From contig JAYNHH010000009.1 of NCBI GenBank assembly GCA_038107835.1, positions 9,190-73,189 on the forward strand: a stretch of DNA of 64,000 nucleotides. The letters are read 5' to 3'. Below are positions 60,528 through 64,000 of the stretch, piece after piece (within the stretch, counting starts at the first letter, position 1; each line of letters opens with the position of its first letter). A model generated the notes under the pieces. It was not told the origin of the DNA, did no database searches, and saw only the letters and a program-made list of their open reading frames with translations. A program made the position numbers and the translations under genes. The stretch is from Alphaproteobacteria bacterium (GTDB lineage: Bacteria; Pseudomonadota; Alphaproteobacteria; Puniceispirillales; Puniceispirillaceae).

Positions 60528-60902
60528 ATGGACAATATGTTCGAAACCGGACTTGCCAAGCGCAAAGGCACCCTTGGTGCAGAATATGTCGAAAAGGTCT
60601 TTGAGAATGCCGACGATTTCAATCGCCCCTTTCAAGAGGCCATGACAGCATGGTGTTGGGGATTCGGTTGGGGCGATGAGGCCATTGATGCCAAAACCAG
60701 GTCGATGATGAATCTGACGATGATCGGAGCCCTCGGGAAAATGCATGAGTGGGAATTGCATTGCCGTGGCGCCATACGCAATGGTGTCTCGAAGGATGAG
60801 TTAAGGGCCATTCTGCACGTAATCGCCATCTATTGCGGGGTCCCGCAGGCGATGGAATGCTTTCGCGTTGCACAAAAAGTCGTTGGCGAAGAGCAGCTCT
60901 AG
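60528..60902 (+). CDS. Carboxymuconolactone decarboxylase family protein
   Basis: 124 aa. ...FQEAMTAWCWGFGWGD...DAKTRSMMNLTMIGALG...ELHCRGAIRNGVSKDELRAILHVIAIYCGVPQAM is typical of the CMD/PcaC-like fold. Strong SD GAGGAGG 7 nt upstream. Confidence 0.8.
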   Translation: MDNMFETGLAKRKGTLGAEYVEKVFENADDFNRPFQEAMTAWCWGFGWGDEAIDAKTRSMMNLTMIGALGKMHEWELHCRGAIRNGVSKDELRAILHVIAIYCGVPQAMECFRVAQKVVGEEQL

Positions 60903-61119
60903 AGGCGTGATGTCACACAGTTCCAGTGTTTTCCGCGCTTAAAATGGGACTTTTGACGGCATCAAATCACCGAAAAGTCACATTTTGTGTACATAAAACC
61001 TAGACAACCGCCTAATTTTAGGCGACTTTCTAAACGGTTTAGCTGTGATGCCGTCCGCAATGACTACGCGGACCAATCATCGCTGTTGAAACAAAGAAGT
61101 TAACTGGGGAGCATTTTTC

Positions 61120-62319
61120 ATGCGCCGGCTACTTAAGTTTATTATTGCAGGCTCTGTTGCAGCGGCGTCTGCTCAAGCTGTTGCGGGTGGCCTTCCAGAG
61201 ACGAAGGCCAATGGAGATAGTGCTGAAACAAGCACTGCATCAACGACCGCAATAGACGCAAGCGGCACTGGTTCAGCCGCAACAAATGCGACGTCTACGA
61301 CAGGTGCATCCGGATCAGATGGCGCGACTGCGGCAACCGGAAGCGACCAGGCAGACTCAAGCACCATGACACAGGATGTCGCCGCGGGTGGGGTCGAACA
61401 GGGCAATGCAGAGGCAGGTGCCTTTGTCGCCATTGAGGATGATCCGCTGATCATCGATGCCTCATCCGTGATGGATGGTGATGGCGTTGGCAGCATTCAG
61501 GTCCAATGGCAGGCGTCGTCCAACAACAAGGATTGGCTGAATCTGACTGGTGAAGTCAGACAGTCCTTCACGCCACGTGAGGAGCATGTTGGCAAGCGGC
61601 TTCGTGTCGAACTGTCATATGTCGACGGGCAGGGCAATCTGGAGACAATCCTGAGTCCGCCATCCAGCCCCGTGCAGAATGTCAATGACAAGCCTGTCGG
61701 CTCACCACAGCTTGTCGGACTCGCACAGGAAGAAGACGCGCTCAAGGTCGATACGAGCATGATCGCTGATGAAGATGGTCTCGGCACCTACTCGATCATC
61801 TGGCAACGCTCCAGCACGAAAACGGAATGGCAGGCATTTCCCGAGGTTGTTGGTGAGCTGTTGCAATTGGAACAGCGCCATGTCGGCTACTCATATCGTG
61901 CAGTGGTGTCCTACGTTGACAGCCATGGCACCAAGGAAATTCTGGTAACAAGTCCATCCGAATCAGTCGTCAATGTCGATGATCCGGTTCAGGGCGAGGT
62001 GATGCTCACCGGCGAAGCAGCAGAAGGCCAGACCATTGTTGCCAGCACCGCACGGATTTCAGATGAGGACGGCATTGCCAGCATGTCAGTCGGATGGGAA
62101 TCATCGACCGATGGCCGCAATTGGCGGGTCATCGAGACCGCTGGAACGACACAGATTCCGCTGACGCAGGCACTGGTCAACAGGCAGATCCGCGCCCGTG
62201 TTGCCGTCGTTGACAGTTTCGGCATTGAGACGGTGATCTTCAGCCAGGCAACAAATACTGTGAAGAACGTCAATAACAAGCCGGCTGGGACGATTTTTGT
62301 CCGCCGTGTTGGCAGCTGA
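61120..62319 (+). CDS. Secreted repeat protein (signal peptide, S/T/A/G-rich linker, three cadherin-like ~98-aa repeats)
   Basis: Signal peptide MRRLLKFIIAGSVAAASAQA-VA, low-complexity residues about 30-100, then three repeats bounded by NVNDKP / NVDDPV / NVNNKP. SD GGGGAG upstream and a terminator downstream. Confidence 0.7.
   Translation: MRRLLKFIIAGSVAAASAQAVAGGLPETKANGDSAETSTASTTAIDASGTGSAATNATSTTGASGSDGATAATGSDQADSSTMTQDVAAGGVEQGNAEAGAFVAIEDDPLIIDASSVMDGDGVGSIQVQWQASSNNKDWLNLTGEVRQSFTPREEHVGKRLRVELSYVDGQGNLETILSPPSSPVQNVNDKPVGSPQLVGLAQEEDALKVDTSMIADEDGLGTYSIIWQRSSTKTEWQAFPEVVGELLQLEQRHVGYSYRAVVSYVDSHGTKEILVTSPSESVVNVDDPVQGEVMLTGEAAEGQTIVASTARISDEDGIASMSVGWESSTDGRNWRVIETAGTTQIPLTQALVNRQIRARVAVVDSFGIETVIFSQATNTVKNVNNKPAGTIFVRRVGS
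61417..62316 (+). repeat. Three tandem ~294-nt coding repeats (degenerate)
   Basis: Repeat register is anchored by DGDG (aa 119-122), DEDG (217-220) and DEDG (315-318). Each is followed by W(Q/E).SS....W, ..HVG/..VN.., R..V.YVD..G..E and a closing NV(N/D)(D/N)xP. Confidence 0.75.
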
Positions 62320-62356
62320 CCGGCTGCTGTGCAGTCAAGATACACTGAATGACCAA

Positions 62357-62381
62357 AAGAGGCCTTACGGCCTCTTTTTTT
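62357..62381 (+). terminator. Intrinsic terminator after the repeat-protein gene
   Basis: AAGAGGCC-UUAC-GGCCUCUU followed by a U-run (7 consecutive T at 62375-62381). About 38 nt after the stop. Confidence 0.8.
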
Positions 62382-62568
62382 GACTATTTTTTCGACTGCT
62401 GCGTTTTTTGCTTTGCAGCACAGGTTATTCGGTACACACTATATCTCGTATGGAACAGCTGTTATTACATCTAGGTGTTGATAGCTTGCGCAAAGCAAAA
62501 GCCGATTTATGGCCTCATCCATATATCTTACCCAAAACTTGGCCCCACCTTATCCGAGGGAGCATCCC

Positions 62569-62859
62569 ATGCGTTTGACCGACCGTGAAGCACGTCCGGA
62601 ATGCAGCATCATTCCGTTCCACCGCCCAGAAGACCAGCCGGAAAACCTGACAACGACAAGCATCGCCGCTGTTATTGCCGTGACAATCCTGCATTCTGAC
62701 AACGTGTCTCCCGAGGAAAAGTTGCTTGAGATCATCGAGGCCAGCGGTGAGGCGGAGGTGCTGGACGCCGACGACGCAGCAGCCGAGTTTGAGACGTTTC
62801 AGGATGAGATCTTACCGGTCGCCACCAACGACAACAGCATTGCCACAGTCAGTCAGTAA
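62569..62859 (+). CDS. Hypothetical acidic protein (96 aa)
   Basis: ATG 62569 is preceded by GAGGGAG. One moderately hydrophobic stretch (SIAAVIAVTIL) and a strongly acidic C-terminal half. No family recognised. The ORF-track start 62509 lacks an SD. Confidence 0.4.
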   Translation: MRLTDREARPECSIIPFHRPEDQPENLTTTSIAAVIAVTILHSDNVSPEEKLLEIIEASGEAEVLDADDAAAEFETFQDEILPVATNDNSIATVSQ

Positions 62860-62954
62860 AAAGAGATAAAAGGGCACCGACTGCATGGGACCAGCGGCAC
62901 CGCTTTGAACGTCATCACTCGCCGGTAAATGCCAGCGAGAACAGGAATGAAGGC

Positions 62955-63578
62955 TTATCTTCCCTGGAATTTCTGCACGATCCGCCAAGCCGTCGGCATC
63001 GCCACCGCCGCGATCACGATTTTCAGCATATCACCATAGATGAATGGCATCAGACCGCCGGCGATTGCCTTTTCCAACCCGATGAAAGCCTGCAGCCAGA
63101 CAACACCACAGGCGTAGATGACCAGATTGCCAAGGACCATCGCGATAACGGTGCCAAGCATCGTCCGGCCCATGCCTCGCAACGCCAGTACGCCAACAAG
63201 AAAAGCGGCCGGAACAAATCCGATCAGATATCCGCCGGTAAAGCCGGTCAGAACTGGCCAGCCAGCAGCTCCGCCGGCAAAGACTGGCAGCCCTATTCCA
63301 CCTTCGAGGAGATAGGCGATAATGGTCACAGCCCCGAGAGTTGGACCATAGGCCATACCAATGAGCAGAACCATGAGCGTCTGGCCGGTGACTGGAACCG
63401 GATACCATGGAACCTCAACCTGCGCCGAGAGACCAATCAACGCTGACCCGGCAATGACCAGAAACAAGCGCGACAACAGCGACATGAAACGGTCTTCGGC
63501 AAAGCGCTGAGAAATGGTGAATGAAGCAAGCGTTTCGAGAGGCTCTCTGGTGCCTGTCATCTGGTCCTGGCTTTTCAT
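62955..63578 (-). CDS. bioY: Biotin transporter BioY
   Basis: ALIGLSAQVEVPWYPVPVTGQTLMVLLIGMAYGP...LLEGGIGLPVFAGG is the typical BioY S-component. ATG 63560 is an alternative start. Confidence 0.88.
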   Translation of the reverse strand: MKSQDQMTGTREPLETLASFTISQRFAEDRFMSLLSRLFLVIAGSALIGLSAQVEVPWYPVPVTGQTLMVLLIGMAYGPTLGAVTIIAYLLEGGIGLPVFAGGAAGWPVLTGFTGGYLIGFVPAAFLVGVLALRGMGRTMLGTVIAMVLGNLVIYACGVVWLQAFIGLEKAIAGGLMPFIYGDMLKIVIAAVAMPTAWRIVQKFQGR

Positions 63579-63867
63579 AACTTGATATTCCTGTTCTGAT
63601 CGTTAATGCAAACCGGAGCTACCCCGGCATCTTTCTGTCAATTTACGGATATCCGTCAAAGAGACAAGAAAATAACAATTTCCGTCACATTTTGCCGGAC
63701 AACCGACCGAAAAACCGTCTATAAGCGTCGCACCGGCATTGGTGATAACCGAATGCTGCTGCTCCCGGTCAATCGATACCGGCACTCGCGCAGGTTCAGT
63801 TCACCATCCGGATCACCCTTGAAAAGGCGTTTTGCCTTTGACATTTATTTTGATTGGAAGGCACGTT

Positions 63868-64000
63868 ATGGACCGATTTTTTGGTATCTCCCGTAACGGC
63901 AGCACATATCGCAAGGAAATCACTGCTGGACTCAGCACATTTCTGACGATGTCATTCATTGTTGCCGTTAACCCAATGTTTCTGGCAGACGCCGGAATTC
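63868..64000 (+). CDS. NCS2-family purine (adenine/guanine/hypoxanthine-type) permease, N-terminal fragment
   Basis: My own translation: MDRFFGISRNGSTYRKEITAGLSTFLTMSFIVAVNPMFLADAGI, matching the conserved AzgA/PurP-type N-terminus (..E..AG..TFLTM.YI..VNP..L). Runs off the window end, GGAAGG SD upstream, not in the ORF track. Confidence 0.8.
   Translation, partial: MDRFFGISRNGSTYRKEITAGLSTFLTMSFIVAVNPMFLADAGI

Noticed and set aside
63645-63656. 12-bp perfect palindrome ACGGATATCCGT taken on its own as an operator.
   Set aside because: A 12-bp perfect palindrome is expected roughly 15 times by chance in 64 kb. It is only mentioned in context with the TCCGTCA repeats.
63700-63867. Purine (guanine/adenine) riboswitch upstream of the NCS2 permease.
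   Set aside because: There is no match to the conserved junctions (UAUAAU..., GUUUCUACC, CCGACUA) or to the three-way junction layout when read by eye.

Overview
This is a densely packed core-chromosome window from an alphaproteobacterium, with moderate GC (not computed). The lineage call rests on gene content and order: atpI-B-E-F'-F, ctaC-D-B-(small ORF)-G-E then SURF1-thrC, plant-type gshA, an Irr-like Fur regulator, coq7, psd-pssA, and a DUF374-waaA-lpxK-lpxL lipid A/Kdo cluster. I can support about 66 protein-coding genes, one tRNA-Leu(CAA), three clear intrinsic terminators and one candidate small RNA. I found no rRNA, CRISPR array, IS element, integrase, prophage or recognisable defence or toxin-antitoxin island, so I cannot point to a convincing novel multi-gene system here. 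Many ORF-track entries carry spurious N-terminal extensions, and the starts given below are my re-calls. Genes are often joined by ATGA or TAATG start/stop overlaps, and several convergent pairs share stop-codon nucleotides. The items most worth a second look are listed here.
1. A promoter / hairpin / CU-rich stretch / UUCG-tetraloop terminator unit in the AT-rich gluQ-moaA spacer, which is a candidate anti-Shine-Dalgarno sRNA.
2. An unlisted 47-codon membrane ORF coupled at both ends between ctaB and ctaG.
3. A less core-like patch between psd and bioY. It holds a SprT-like HExxH reading frame broken by in-frame stops, a secreted protein with three 98-aa cadherin-like repeats, and an orphan acidic ORF.
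4. Several conserved but functionally unassigned genes: a 267-aa GGCT-like ORF, a CX5R phosphatase coupled to pmbA, and DUF374.
All functional calls come from motif and family recognition by eye. No searches were run.
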